A stretch of DNA of 64,000 nucleotides, from the NCBI GenBank assembly GCA_038087875.1, contig CM075990.1, positions 17,300,001 through 17,364,000 on the forward strand, read 5' to 3'. Position 1 is the stretch's first letter, and each line of letters opens with the position of its first letter. Made by a program: the position numbers and the translations under genes. Source of the stretch: Malacoraja senta. Taxonomy: Eukaryota. This document shows, one piece after another, positions 12,852-25,312 of the stretch. The notes beneath the pieces are model-generated. The model was not told where the DNA came from, searched no databases, and saw nothing but the letters and a program-made list of their open reading frames with translations.

Positions 12852-13579
12852 CTAGGAAATTCAATGTTCCAATAAAATCTAGCTGCTGTTCCACTTGAAT
12901 TTATCTCTTATTAAAATGTTGGCTAAATAAATAAAGATCGTCATTTGCTAAAGAAAGCTGCATAATATAGTGAATGCTGGTTGCTGGATTTATTTTGGCA
13001 GTGCAGCCAACATTACTGAAAACATTGGATTCATTTCCTGGCCCTGGGGATCTCCGCATCGCCCCACTTCCTCGTTACAACTTCTTGCCAAACATTCTCT
13101 TCAGACACTCTTAACTCTTAAACTTCGAGTCTGTGAAAGGTTGTACAGTCTCCTTTACGTGGCAAGCTTCTGCGATAACTTTGCAACAGGAGAGCTCCAA
13201 GAAAGAATCGTTCATGTCCAGGGGAGCTTGTATGTTGTAACCCCCACAAACTTCAACGTTATTGCTCCTGCCTTGTGGAGTCAGACGGAGTGCAGTGACA
13301 CCCTCATCATCCCAGGCCGACGATTGGCGATACAACCCCTTCCGCAATGAACGCCGACCCAATCATAACGCTACTGCAATGAGGAAATGTTGCAAATACT
13401 GTGGGAGCCTTGTTTCAGTGAGAAGTTAAAACAGCCTCTATCAGCTGGTAGAACTGCTGCCTCACAGCATCAGAGACCTAGGTTCAATCCTGACCTCGGG
13501 TGCTGCCAGTGTGGAGTTTGCACGTTCTCCCTGTGACCGCATGGGTTTCCTCAAATGCAATAATTAGAACAAAGGGTCA

Positions 13580-14010
13580 GTACTCATTGGAGTTTAGAAG
13601 GATGAAAGGGATGGGGGCACAGGGGTGAGGGGGTGGGGGGGATCTCATTGAAACCCACCAGATAATGAAAGGCTAGATTGAGTGGACATGGAAATGATAT
13701 TTCCCATAATGTGAGAGAATAGAACCAGAGGAGACAGCCTCAGAATTAAAGGAGATAACTTAAAAATGGAGACAAGGAGGAATTTCTTTAACCAGAGAGT
13801 GGTGGATCTGTGGAATTCATTGCCACAGACGGCTATGGAGGCCAAGACAGTGAGTATTTCTAAGGCAGAGATTGATAAGTTAATGATTAGGAAAGGTGTC
13901 AAAGGTTAAGGGGAGAAGGCAGAAGAATGGGGTTTAGAGGGAAAATAGTTCAGCCATGATTGAATGGTGAAGTAGACTCGATGGGCTGAATGGCCTAATT
14001 CTGCTCCTAT
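13580..14010 (+). mobile_element. CR1 LINE 3' end
   Basis: Same ORF2 C-terminus and 3' UTR as 29055-29513. Confidence 0.85.
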
Positions 14011-14419
14011 TCCTTTGCCTTAAGGTCAAAGGGGAAGAATATGGAATATAGTTCTCAGCATTATAGCGCATCAGTTCCAGAGTCCAATGTCCGCAATGGG
14101 GCAGAGGTGAGCCAGGCAGTACCATGGCTTATGGAAGGATGGTTCAGAAGCCTGATAACAGAGGGGAAGAAGCTGTTCCTGAGTCTGGGGGTGCGCATGG
14201 ACCTGAAATACCATTGTGTTCCTTGCATTAATCAATGTCTGGCCTCCGGGATGAGGCAGCTTGTTTCCCACAGTGGTGGCAGTGACCACTGTGTAGCAAC
14301 CTTCCCACATGCCACAGGCGTTGCAGAGAGTCCTCTTCTAACAAAGCTGAAGCAAGCTCACACTCGTTTCTGCAACCATGGTCCTTGTCACACATGGAAT
14401 GCACATGTCAAGTTCAGTC

Positions 14420-14838
14420 ATGATAGGAGTAGATTTAGGCCATTCGGCCCATCAAGTCAACTCCGCCATTCAATCATGGCTGATCTATCTCTCCCTCCTA
14501 ACCCCATTCTCCTGCCCTCCCCATATCCCCTGACACCCGAACTAATCAAGAATCTATCTATCTCTGCCTTAAAAATATCAATTGCCTCCACAGCCTCCTG
14601 TGGCAATGATTTCCACAGATTCACCACCCTCTGACTATAGAAATTCCTCCTCATCTCCTTCATCAAGGTATGTCCTTTTATTCTGAGGCTACAACCTCTG
14701 GTCCTAGACTCTCCCACGAGTAGAAACATCCTCTCCACATCCACTCTATCCAGGCCTTTCACTGTTCAGTAAGTTGCAATGAGGTCCCCCCTCAACCTTC
14801 TAAACTCCAGAGAGTACAGGCCCAGAGCCATCAAGCAT
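14420..14838 (-). mobile_element. CR1 LINE 3' end
   Basis: LGLYSLEFRRLRGDLI..ESRTRG..SQRVVNLW plus 3' UTR. Confidence 0.85.
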
Positions 14839-14951
14839 GTCCGAGCTTCTGCAGGAGGGGTTGTGACAGTTCCTCCAAGTGATACCATGACCACTGTGAA
14901 CTTGGAGTGAGAGTCAATAACCTTGTGAAACTTCAATAGTTCTCCAATCAC

Positions 14952-14977
14952 CTCCATTACATGTTTTTTTATTTTCA
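14952..14977 (-). CDS. TMEM273: TMEM273 exon 5 candidate (SENKKTCNG)
   Basis: Acceptor tttattatcag, donor GAG|GTGATT, 26 nt phase 2-1; restores frame between exons 4 and 6. Confidence 0.55.
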
Positions 14978-15064
14978 CTGATAATAAACTGTGCAGCACA
15001 TTTAAACATACAAGTTTTCAACCCAATATGTGGGCTGTATTCTGAGGTAATCTTCATTTCTTAC

Positions 15065-15095
15065 CTTACGGACTGACTTTGCTTGGATGGAGGAT
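15065..15095 (-). CDS. TMEM273: TMEM273 exon 4 (DPPSKQSQSV)
   Basis: Acceptor cttctattccag, donor AAG|GTAAGA, 31 nt phase 1-2. Confidence 0.7.
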
Positions 15096-15547
15096 CTGGA
15101 ATAGAAGCAGTGATGATATCAGAGTCATGTATTAGTACATTCCTGTTCATTATGATTGAGGCATTGTGCAATAATTGACAAAGACAAGCCAAACTCAACA
15201 GAAAACATTGCAGCTTGCCCTTTCAGCTCAAGGTATGTTTTTAATAGTGTGAAATATTAATTACTGACAAACAACCCCTCTGGCACTGAAAAGTTTATGG
15301 TGAAACTGCATGGTTTCATTCATTAGATGAGCATCGCCCGTTCTTTATTTGTAAATGCATATCCACGTGCCTACCCAACAACAAATGAAATAAAACAGAT
15401 ATGCAGGGAATTGAGGCATGTGGGTCGTGTGTGGCTTGTGTGGACATTAAGCCTGTCGTGTAACTGGACTTAAACACCTTCTGACTTAGTGACTCACTGA
15501 TGATTTTAGATTGGCCTCAGAGACTGCGGATATCCATGTTGTGATGC

Positions 15548-15885
15548 ATAGAGTTACAGAGTGATACAGTGTGGAAACAGGCCCTTCGGCCCAACTTGCC
15601 CACACCGGCCAACATGTCCCAGCTATACTAGTCCCACCTGCCTGCGCTTGGCACATATCCCTCCAAACTTGTCCTATCCATGTGAACTTGTCCTATCCAT
15701 GTCTTAAACATTGGGATAGTCCCAGCCTCAACTACCTCCTCTGGCAGCTTGTTCCATACACCCACCACCCTCGGTGTGGAAAAAGTTACCCCTCAGATTC
15801 CTATTATTTTTTTTCCCCTTCACCTTGAACCTATGTCCTCTGGTCCTCGATTCCCCTACTCTGGGCAAGAGACTCTGTGCATCTA
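15548..15885 (-). mobile_element. CR1 3' end (same subfamily as 56345-57686)
   Basis: gagtgatacagtgtggaaacaggcccttcggcccaacttgccc tail plus ORF2 end. Confidence 0.8.
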
Positions 15886-16554
15886 GTGCATCTCACTACC
15901 GACAGCCCCTGGCAGTAAGAGACGAATGAGCTCACTCTCTCATTACCACAAATAGATGAATGAACTAGCCTCAGGTAGACACAGAATGCTGGAGTAATTC
16001 AGCGGGTGATGCAGCATCTCTGGAGAGAAGGAATGGGCCACGTTTTGAAGAAGGGTCTCGACCCGAAACGTCGCATATTCCTTCTCTCCAGAGATGCTGC
16101 CTGTCCCATTGAGTTACTTCAACATTCTGTGTCTACCTTCGATTTAAACCAGCATCTGCAGCTCTTTCTTACAAATGCAGAAGCCTCAGTGTCTTGCGAA
16201 TGATTCAAGGTATGCTTCAGTGGTTTGTGGTGTGAGTGAGACTGCCAGACTTGTGCCTAACTCTAACCTTTTAGTCCCAACTGACTTCAGGATTAGTGTT
16301 TTGATTTGAGTTTGTCCATCAAGAGTCAAAGAAAGATTTAGATCAAACATGGAAGATAGAACAGTACATACAGCACGGGAACACACAGGTCCACAATGTC
16401 TGATCAACATCATGCCAAGTTAAACTAATCTCCTCTGCCCGCACATGATCCATATCCTTCCCTTCCCCACATCTGCATATCCACATCAAAAACCTTAAAC
16501 GTCACTATGGTATCTGCTTCCATCCCTGGCAGCATGTTCCAGGCACCCACCAGT

Positions 16555-16866
16555 CCAGAACCAGGGGCCACAGTTTAAGAATAAGGGGTAAGCCATTTAG
16601 AACGGAGATGAGGAAACACTTTTTCACACAGAGAGTTGTGAGTCTGTGGAATTCTCTGCCTCAGAGGGCGGTGGAGGCCGGTTCTCTCTGGATGCTTTCA
16701 AGAGAGAGTTAGATAGGGCTCTGAAAGATAGCGGAGTCAAGGGATATGGGGAGAAGGCAGGAACGGGGTACTGATTGGGGATGATCAGCCATGATCACAT
16801 TGAATGTCGGTGCTGGCTCGAAGGGCCGAATGGCCTACTCCTGCACAAATTGTCTATTGTGTATTG
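16555..16866 (+). mobile_element. CR1 3' end
   Basis: Matches the subfamily at 1757-2052. Confidence 0.85.
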
Positions 16867-17494
16867 TCCCACCACTTATTGTGTGAGAAACATACACCAC
16901 GCATCTCCTTTAAACTTACCCTCTCTCACCTTAAAGCCCTATGTGACATTTAAGCCCTGGGATAAATGTTTGGTGTTAGTGGATGATTGGGTGCAGACAT
17001 GGTGGTCTGTAGGTCCTGTTTCTGTGACGTATCTCTCTATGATTCTATGCATATGGCTCTGCAGGTAAAGGGCCCACTTGGGTGTAGAGAACATGGGATG
17101 TAGACGGATGTGACAAAGGCTACCTTGCACTTCTCCGGTTGATGGAAGTTAATCTAACTGGACCTTCACTCAGTGAATGGCCCCATTCACTAAAGCCAGC
17201 TTAAATTTAATCCCCAACAAGGGTTAAGAATCATAACGTTGGCTCTACATCTGAACTGCCTGAGGGAGCGCAGTTTTACGACGTGATTTCCAGCTTGCAT
17301 TAAAGGAAAGGGCATCAAAATTTGTATTCCCAAATATCAATTTTCAATGAGGGTGAATGTTATAACATGGCAGTGCATTAATTATTGATCAATATGTAAG
17401 GGTTAGTGTATTAGAGTTTCATTATCCTCTCAGTAAGAAGAGGGAAGAATATTCAATATTGCTTCAGCAAAGTAAAGACATTGAATGTACTAGC

Positions 17495-17945
17495 TAATTT
17501 GCATGCACCAATCTGCATATGCTTCTTTGCATATGTTTATTTACATGTACTGATTTGCATTTAAAAACGAGGAACTGCAGATGCTGGCTTACCCAAAAAA
17601 TGACACAAAGTGCTGGAGTAACTCAGCGGGTCATGCAGCATCTGTAGAGAACAGGTGACATTTTGGGTTGGAACTATTCTTCAGTGCATTTGCATGTGCT
17701 GATTTGCATGGTGCTGATTTGCAAGCTCTTATTTGCATGGTGCTGATTTGCATTACGCTGATTTGCATGATGCTGATTTGCACTGATTTGCATATGCCAA
17801 TTTGCATGGTGCTGATTTACATGGGGTTGATTTGCATGAGGTGATATGCATGCTCTGATGTGCATGCGGTGATTTGCATGTGCCAATTTGCATGGTGTCG
17901 ATTTGCATGCACTGATTTGCATATGTAGATTTGTATGAACTGACT
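17495..17945. repeat. Degenerate ~15-bp minisatellite (GCTGATTTGCATGGT)
   Basis: Direct inspection; interrupted by a Penelope-like fragment at ~17565-17683. Confidence 0.85.
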
Positions 17946-18252
17946 TGTATCAGCTAATTGTCACATGTTGATTGTAAATTGACTTGATCGCAGCTCATTC
18001 ACAGCTTTGGTTTGTACTTGCACTGAGGATGATGTTGGTGTGTTGGGAGGCTCACTCCACAACAGAGTGACAACTCTACATCACTGAGGATTAGAGGTTG
18101 AAGGGACATTGTGAATAGTAGAATGACATGCACACTCCCAATACTGGACGAAACTATAAAAATGGACATTGACACCAAACTAATCATATTCCATCAAGGT
18201 AACATTAGCACAAGGGGTGTCTTTAATTCTGTGAATTGTCATAACATCTTAC

Positions 18253-18363
18253 CCGTTAAATCGTTTTCATAGATATGCTTCTTAATCATGTAAATCTTAA
18301 TTAAGACAAATATGACAACTAGAAAAATTCCTATTCCCGCTCCCATCAGCGCATACTTGAGGT
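18253..18363 (-). CDS. TMEM273: TMEM273 exon 3, transmembrane exon (DLKYALMGAGIGIFLVVIFVLIKIYMIKKHIYENDLT)
   Basis: Acceptor ctttctcctcttttccag, donor CGG|GTAAGA, 111 nt phase 1-1; clear match to the TMEM273 DxKYALxG...KIxMIxxH motif. Confidence 0.93.
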
Positions 18364-18636
18364 CTGGAAAAGAGGAGAAAGCTGTGAGTGCTCATAAACT
18401 GTGAACCGGGAGACACTATTCCATTCACAGAGGGAGCTTTAAACGCACTGGTCACCAAAGAGACAGACATCTGTACAGCACAGAACAGGCCTTTCTGTCC
18501 ATCCTCTCCATGCCGACTGTTGGCACTTTGGGCAGCTCCCATTTACCCACATTTGGCCTATATCCCGAGAAAGCCTTCCTGTCCACATATCTGTCTTAAA
18601 ATGTCTTCAGAAAGTCATAATAGCATCCATTTCTAT

Positions 18637-18777
18637 GAGGTGGGAGATTGCAACTTTCACGTGGTCCGCCCTATTTCGACAAATGCAATTAACCTGGCGT
18701 GCACAATCAAATAAGATCAAATACAACAAGTTGTCCTCCAACTTTAGGCTGTGCACGCCATACACAAGAAGAAGAAG
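18637..18777 (+). mobile_element. ~140-bp HDV-ribozyme-headed short retroelement, copy A (degenerate)
   Basis: GAGGTGGGAGATTGCAAC...(AGA)n tail; TSD atccatttctat/atccacttctat. Confidence 0.8.
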
Positions 18778-19349
18778 ATCCACTTCTATAGCTTCCCCTG
18801 GCAGCTCATTGCAGATAAGGTCGACCCTCTGAGTGAAACATTCGCCCCTTACATCCCTCTTAATTCCGTACCCTCACCTTATGCCTCTGCCCTCTAGTTT
18901 TAGAACAAAGAACAAAGGATATTTATTGTCACATACACCATTTCTGGTGTCGTGAAATTTGAGTCCTCTACCCTGAGAAAAAGACTGTGAATGTTCACTT
19001 TATCTATGGCCCTCATAATCTTATACAGCTCAGTAAGGTCACCCCTCATCTGTAGGCTTGGAAGTTAATCAGCCTCTGTAAATTGTTCCTAGTTTATCGG
19101 GAGTGGAGGAGGAAGTAGGATACCATAGAGCTGGTGTGAGCAGGTAATCGATGGGAGACGTGGACTTGATGGGCTGAAGGGCCTGTTTCCATGCTGTATC
19201 TCCAAAACATAAACTGAAAACGTTTGTGCACGAATTTTGGACTCAGAAAGCCTCTGACCCTCGAACACTTGTACAAAATGCACAAACCCACAAAAGACCC
19301 GAGCGTTGGGGGTGCAGCTCGGAAGCTGAACAGATAACAATTTACCAAC

Positions 19350-19400
19350 CAATTTCATCTCCATCTGTTCCAGTGGCAGATACCTTTGTCGTAAAATAAT
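19350..19400 (-). CDS. TMEM273: TMEM273 exon 2 (DYFTTKVSATGTDGDEI)
   Basis: Acceptor tttgttttgcag, 51 nt, phase 1-1 using donor ATTG|GTTGGT; resembles human ..QVLATG..EI. Confidence 0.85.
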
Positions 19401-19834
19401 CTGCAAAACAAATGTGAAGACATTGATTGAATCACAGTGTAACACAGGCAGTAAGTACAAGGGCTAAAGATAGACACAGAGAGCTGGAGGAACACTGCAG
19501 CTCAGGTAACATCTCTAGAGAAAAATAATGTGTGACGTTTTGTATTGGGACCCTTCTACATAACCTGGGATGACATGAAAATCCAACGACACAAATTCTC
19601 CCTTACGTTTAAAAATCTTTATTCAAGCAGTAATATTAATAATAAAATGATTCCAGGTATTCTAGACTCCATTAGTTTAATTATAGATAGTTAGGATGAA
19701 TATTCAATGAGACATAAGAATGAGAGCGTGTATGTAGAATTATATGAAATGGACGGATGTTTCTGACTTACAGACAAAGCATGGATAAAGTGACAAAAAT
19801 GCTGGAGAAACGCAGCAGATGAGGCAGTATCTAT

Positions 19835-20142
19835 ACTTACTTACTTATTGCCTATTATGCCTCCTGGCATGTAGGGCAGCAACGAAGGTCCTCCACTCAG
19901 TAGTGTTGATTCCTTCAGTTGCTGTTTCTGTAACATATTTCTTTTACGAGACAGGGTTATTAGCCCTGTGCTCAACCTCCAACCTGGAGGACCAGTGGAT
20001 CGCTCTTCGTCTCGCCTCTACCCTTTGACCTGTCCAGCATGGGAGACCCTAACAGGAGACGAATCTCCCGCTGGCATAGCTCCAGGGGTCACTGAGACAC
20101 ACAAGCTCCCCGACCACGACAAGGTTGCAATCCAACGGGGCG
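19835..20142 (-). mobile_element. Non-autonomous RTE-clade element (5' UTR fused to 3' end)
   Basis: RTE/BovB-like head CCTTGTCGTGG..GCTTG, 3' end encoding WRTFVAALHARRH and (TAAG)n tail; 14-bp TSD gaggcagYatctat within a Penelope repeat. Confidence 0.75.
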
Positions 20143-20850
20143 GAGGCAGCATCTATGGAGCGAAGGAATGGGTGACGTTTCGGGAAAGGTCTCAACCAGA
20201 AACATCACCTAGTCCTTCGCTCCATACATGCTGCCTCACCCACTGAGTTTCTCCAGCATTTGTGTCTACCTTTGATTTTTCCAGCATCTGCAGTTCTTTC
20301 TTAAACATGGATAAAGTGACGCTCACAGTCTTTTTCCCATTGTAGATGATTCTAAACCTAGAGAGTGTAGGCTTCAGATACGACGGGAGAAATTTAAAAG
20401 GGAGTTCAAGGGCAACTTTTTCATTCAGAGGGTCATCTGTACCTGGAATGAGCTGGGAGAGGAAACTATAAAATGGATGGAATTATCACTTTGAAAAGAC
20501 ATGTGGACAGATGTATGGATGGGACGGGTTCAGAGGGAAGTTGGCCAAATACAGGCCCAAGGCCCTAGCCCATTGCACCAACTTGTTTGTGTGGACTAGG
20601 TGGGCCGAAGGGCCTGTTTCTGTGCTGTACAGCTCGATGACTATGATCCAAGTAAACTTATGGAGAGGAATCCGTTTCCAAGAAACTACTTGTATTCATT
20701 CATCATTTTCTTGAAAAAACGATAACACTGCAGCTTAAAGTCTCTAATGTGCGAGGTCATTGCACAGCACCAGGAAGTCTAAACAAGTATCCAATTTAAT
20801 GAGATTGAGAAATCCTCACAGGCAATCATCGGACCCACGGTCTGCATCGG

Positions 20851-21135
20851 ACGGCACGGTGACATGGCGGTAGAGTTGTAGCCTTACAGCGCTTACAGCA
20901 CCAGAGACCCATGTTCAATCCTGACACGTTTGTATGGAGTTTGTACCTTCTCCCCGTGACCGCGTGGGTTTTCTCAGAGATCTTCCGTTTCCTCCCACAA
21001 GGTTTGTAGGTCAATTGGCTTGGTATAAGTGTAATTTGTTCCAGGTGTGTTAATGTGCCGTGATCGCTGGTCGGTGTGGACTTGATGGGCCAAAGGGCCT
21101 GTTTCCTTGCTGTATCTCTAAACCAAACTAAACTA
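20851..21135 (+). mobile_element. V-SINE (HE1-like)
   Basis: Head, V-domain and taaac tail. Confidence 0.8.
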
Positions 21136-23749
21136 ATCTAGACCCCAAAAGAGTTCCACTCCTTTGTGTGTGTGTGATGTGCCCACGCGTGAGGGCGGTG
21201 GACAGCTCAACGGCACCGTCCACAATAACCCCAGTAACGTCGCTGTGGGAGCTGATAATGAAACAGTTGTCACAGAACAGTCAGACCTGCTTCACTGCTA
21301 CTCAAAGGAGACCAAACCAGACCAGTCTGAAATTCGGACCCTCCTGTAGTTACCCACCTTCAATATTCAGGGACAGTGTCTTCCCGGCTGTTATCAGGCA
21401 CCTGAACCATCCTATCACCAACTAGAGAGCAATCCTGAAATACTATCTACCTCAATGGAGACCTTCGGACTTCCTTTGATCGGACTTTACTGGCTTTATC
21501 TTGCACTAAACGTTATTCCCATTATTCCCATTATCATGTATCTGTACACTGTGGACGGCTTAATTGTAATCACGTATTGTCTTTCCGTTGACTGGTTAGC
21601 ACAGAACAGAAGCTTTCCACTGTACCTCGGTACATGTGACAATAAATTAAACCCAACCTCAAAAATGTTTCTGCTTACCCCTTGATCCTGAGAGCAACTG
21701 TGCCTGGCTTGTCATCTTCACCTGTCCCCACTGCTAAATCAAAACCTGAGGGCAAACCAGTCCCACCAGATGGACCTTATATTCCCACGTCCACAACCAG
21801 CAGATCACAGTCCATCCTCACACCTCTAACCTTCCACAGCAACTCTCGGTATCTTCATTTCACCCCACCTTTCATCGGTCGAAGCTCCAAGTCTATTTCT
21901 GCGTCTCACTGCCGTCAGACTTCGCCCGGGACTTGTGAGCCGTGTGATTTCTTCTGCTCATTCCGAGAGGAATGTTTTTGAACAAATATACCCCAGGTCT
22001 TGTTCTCAAAGCAGGAGCATTGTGCAGCTATGCGTTTAATGACAGTCAGATACAGGGCATTGTCCAAATCACCCCGAGAGCAGACAAGCATTCCTGGGCA
22101 CACTGGCCTCCCCTGATGTCATTCCGAGAGGATAAAGTACTTTGTTAAATATCTGCCAAAGTCACACATTGTTTGATTTAAATAGATGAAAGCAAACGTT
22201 GGTAGATGGGCTGGTTAGTAAGTTTGCAAACAATGCCACAATTGGAGGAATTACAGGTAGTGCGGTAGTCCGTCTAAGTATATAGTGAGAATGGGCCGAT
22301 GGATTATGTACGAGGCGTTGTACTTTGGAATGTATTTGGGAAATGACAAGACTGTTTACAAGTTGTTTAAGAAGGAACTGCAGATGCTGGAAAATCGAAG
22401 GTAGACAAAAATGTTGGAGAAACTCAGCGAGTGAGGCAGCATCTATGGAGCGAAGGAATAGGTGACGTTTCGGGCAGAAACCCAAAGGGTCTCGATCCAA
22501 AACGTTGTCTATGTCCTTTACTCCATAGATGCTGCCTCACCCGCTGAGTTTCTCCAGCAAGACTGTTAACAACATTGTTGTACAGAGGGGTCTTAGGGTC
22601 CAAGTCCATAACTCACGGTGGCGCAGTGGTACAGTTGCTGCCTTCCAGCAAAATGCAGCGCCAGAGACCCGGGTTCGATCCCGACTACGGGTGCTGTCTG
22701 TATGGAGTTTGTAAGTTCTCCCCGTGACCTGCGTGGGTTTGAGTTTGGTTTGGTTTCCTCCCACACTCCAAAGACATACAGGTTTGTAGGTTAATTGGCT
22801 TGTTTAATTGGCTTGATAAAATGTTAAATTGTCCAAGTTGGCGATATGCAGAGTACTGCCCTGCCGACTACAAAATTCAGAAAGTTCAGAAGGTTCACTG
22901 AAAGTGGAAGTACAGGTAAAGAAGGCATACGGTATACATGCCTTCATCAGTCAGGGTATTGAGTATAAGAAGGGTCTCGACCCGAAATGGCATTATCCTA
23001 GGTACACAAAAATGCTGGAGAAACTCAGCGGGTGCAGCAGCATCTATGGAGCGAAGGAAATAGGTAACGTTTCGGGCCGAAACCCTTCTTCAATGGCATT
23101 ATCCTATTTCTCCAGAGATGCTGCCTGACTCGTTGAGTTACTCCAGCACTTTGTGTCTATCTGCAGTTCCTTGCCTACACCGGTTCATTCTGCTAGTTTA
23201 CCAGTTCAGGCTCTGCAGAACACTCACGTCTTTTACTCAGAGAATGGCAACCAGTTGGAACCTTCCATGTCACCCCAACCCCCAACCATTATCCGACTGG
23301 CAACGCTCGGAAATCTGACTGAAGAATCAGTGGAAACTTTGGACACATTTTAATTCTCACCTCAGGTTAAATGTACTGAGATGTTTGTAGACTTCTAACA
23401 CAACATTACACCAGGGCTTTGTCTTGGGTCACAGCAGGAAACGTCACAGCAGGAGCGTGGCAGGGTGGCAGCTACTTTCCTATGCACTGACCTCTTTAGT
23501 GAGAACCCAGCATTGTTCGTAGTGCTGGCAACCAGAGATGAATGCTTCCTCAGGGGGACTCTATGCACTGGACAATTCCATGGCTTGAAGTGCAGATGCT
23601 GGACTCATGCTGGAACACCAAGTGCTGCAGTAACTGTATGTGCTGCCCCCAATCTGAGCCATAACCCAGAGGTTGACTTGGCCCCACGTGCAAGCCAGAG
23701 TCAGGGTGCAAGTCAAGCACTCGTTTCTCTCCTATACTCTCCATCATCT

Positions 23750-24625
23750 CGGGTGGGCGGCACGACTCACGTCGCAGTGGCCTCTGCAGTCCGTCTGTCT
23801 TTTTTTATTTTTTGTTTTTTGTCTCGTTTGAGTGTAGTTATAGTGAGTTTTTTTAACTGGGTATGTGTGTGGGGGGCGGGGGTGGGAGGGGGGGTGGAGA
23901 AACCTTTAAAATATTTTCCCTGTACGGAGGACCTGACCTTTTCTCTGTCGGGTCTCCGTTGTCGTTGGGGCCTAGCACCGTGGAGCGGCCTCCAACGGAA
24001 CGACCTGGGGCTCCAGTCGCGGAGCCGGCGGACTTACTCACCATCGTGGAGCTGGCCGAGTTCGGAACGGGAGGAGCTGTGGTGGCGCGCTGCTGCGGCC
24101 CGACCCCGGAGATTCAGAGGCTCCAGCCGCAGGCCCGGTGGACGGTGACATCGGGAGCCCGCGGGTCCCTGGTGGGAGACCGCTTTTTGGAGCTTCCACA
24201 ACGGCTAATTCTCCCGCCCGAGTTGCGGGGTTGAGGATGACCTGGAGCGGGGCCTTACATCGCCCGGCGCGGCCTTAAATGGCCGCGGGACTTGCTAGCG
24301 CCCGCCGGGGGCTCCAACATCAAGTCCCGGAGCGTGGCCTTGCATCGCCCGGCGCGGCTTTAATGGCCACGGGACTTATTTACCATCGCCCGCCGGGGGC
24401 TTTGACTTAGACATCGGGAGGAGAATGGGGAGTGCAGGGGAGAGACAAGACTTTGCCTTCCATCACAGCGAGGAGGAAATTCACTGTGATGGATGTTTGT
24501 GTAAATTGTGTTGTGTCTTGGTTCTTCTACTTGTTTGTATGACTGCAGAAACCAAATTTCGTTTGAACCTCAATGAGGTTCAAATGACAACAAATAAATT
24601 GTATCATTGTATCATTGTATCATCT
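23750..24625 (+). mobile_element. GC/CpG-rich non-autonomous retroelement-like insertion
   Basis: Abrupt CpG-rich block, internal ~85-bp direct repeat, hairpin tttgaacctc/gaggttcaaa before aataaa and (TGTATCAT)n tail. Confidence 0.6.
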
Positions 24626-25097
24626 TCACTTCACTTATTGCAGCAGCATCAGTTGTATGACCCTGGGATGGTCCGCAGTTGATTTCATAGTCAAGGTCAA
24701 CCAGGTCAAGGTTTAGTACTGTACTCTCAGTATACTTTCATAGCATGGAAACAGGCCCTTCGGCCCAACTTGCCCACACCGACCAACACGTCCCATCTGC
24801 CTGCTTTTGGCCCATATCCCTCTAAATCTGACCAAATATTTCTTAAATATTGTGATATTACCTTCCTCAACTACCTCCTCTGGCAGCTCATTCCATGCAC
24901 CCACCACCCATTTGTGTGAAAAAGTTACCCCTAAAGTTCGTATTAAATCTTCCCCCCTCCCCCCCACCTTAAACCTACGTCCTCTGGTTCTCGATTCCCC
25001 AACTCTGGTCAAGAGACTGTGCGTCTACAGAGTCTATTAATCTCATGATTTTGCTACAAGGACTGGTGCTGCAAGTATGGTCAAGTTCTTCTTCACT

Positions 25098-25312
25098 GTA
25101 GAAGGGTCCGAACCCAAGACGTCCCCTATCCATGTTCTCCACAGATGCTGCCTGACCCGCTGAGTTACTCCAGCACTCTGTGAAACGTCACCTACCCATG
25201 TTCTCCAGAGATGCTGCCTGACCCGCTGAGTTACTCCAGCACTCTGTGAAACGTCACCTATCCATGTTCTCCACAGATGCTGCCTGACCCACTGAGTTAT
25301 TCCAGCATTTTG
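25098..25312 (+). repeat. Three tandem 66-bp units of the Penelope-like terminal repeat
   Basis: Reverse complement of the unit at 8587-8782 with the same junction cactctgtgaaacgtc. Confidence 0.85.

Noticed and set aside
17124..17157. Possible extra 30-34 nt TMEM273 exon
   Set aside because: No polypyrimidine tract, weak donor, in-frame stop in the 30-nt form
17674..17922. His/Asn/Gln-repeat ORF
   Set aside because: Translation of a 15-bp minisatellite; no splice or homology support
21679..21715. Alternative TMEM273 first exon (MTSQAQLLSGSR, phase 1 donor GTAAGC)
   Set aside because: Not hydrophobic; 42861-42915 is a much better signal-peptide exon, though an alternative start is not excluded
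23465..24148. 227-aa ORF, longest in the track
   Set aside because: Runs into a GC-rich mobile element; no recognisable domain; length explained by GC content
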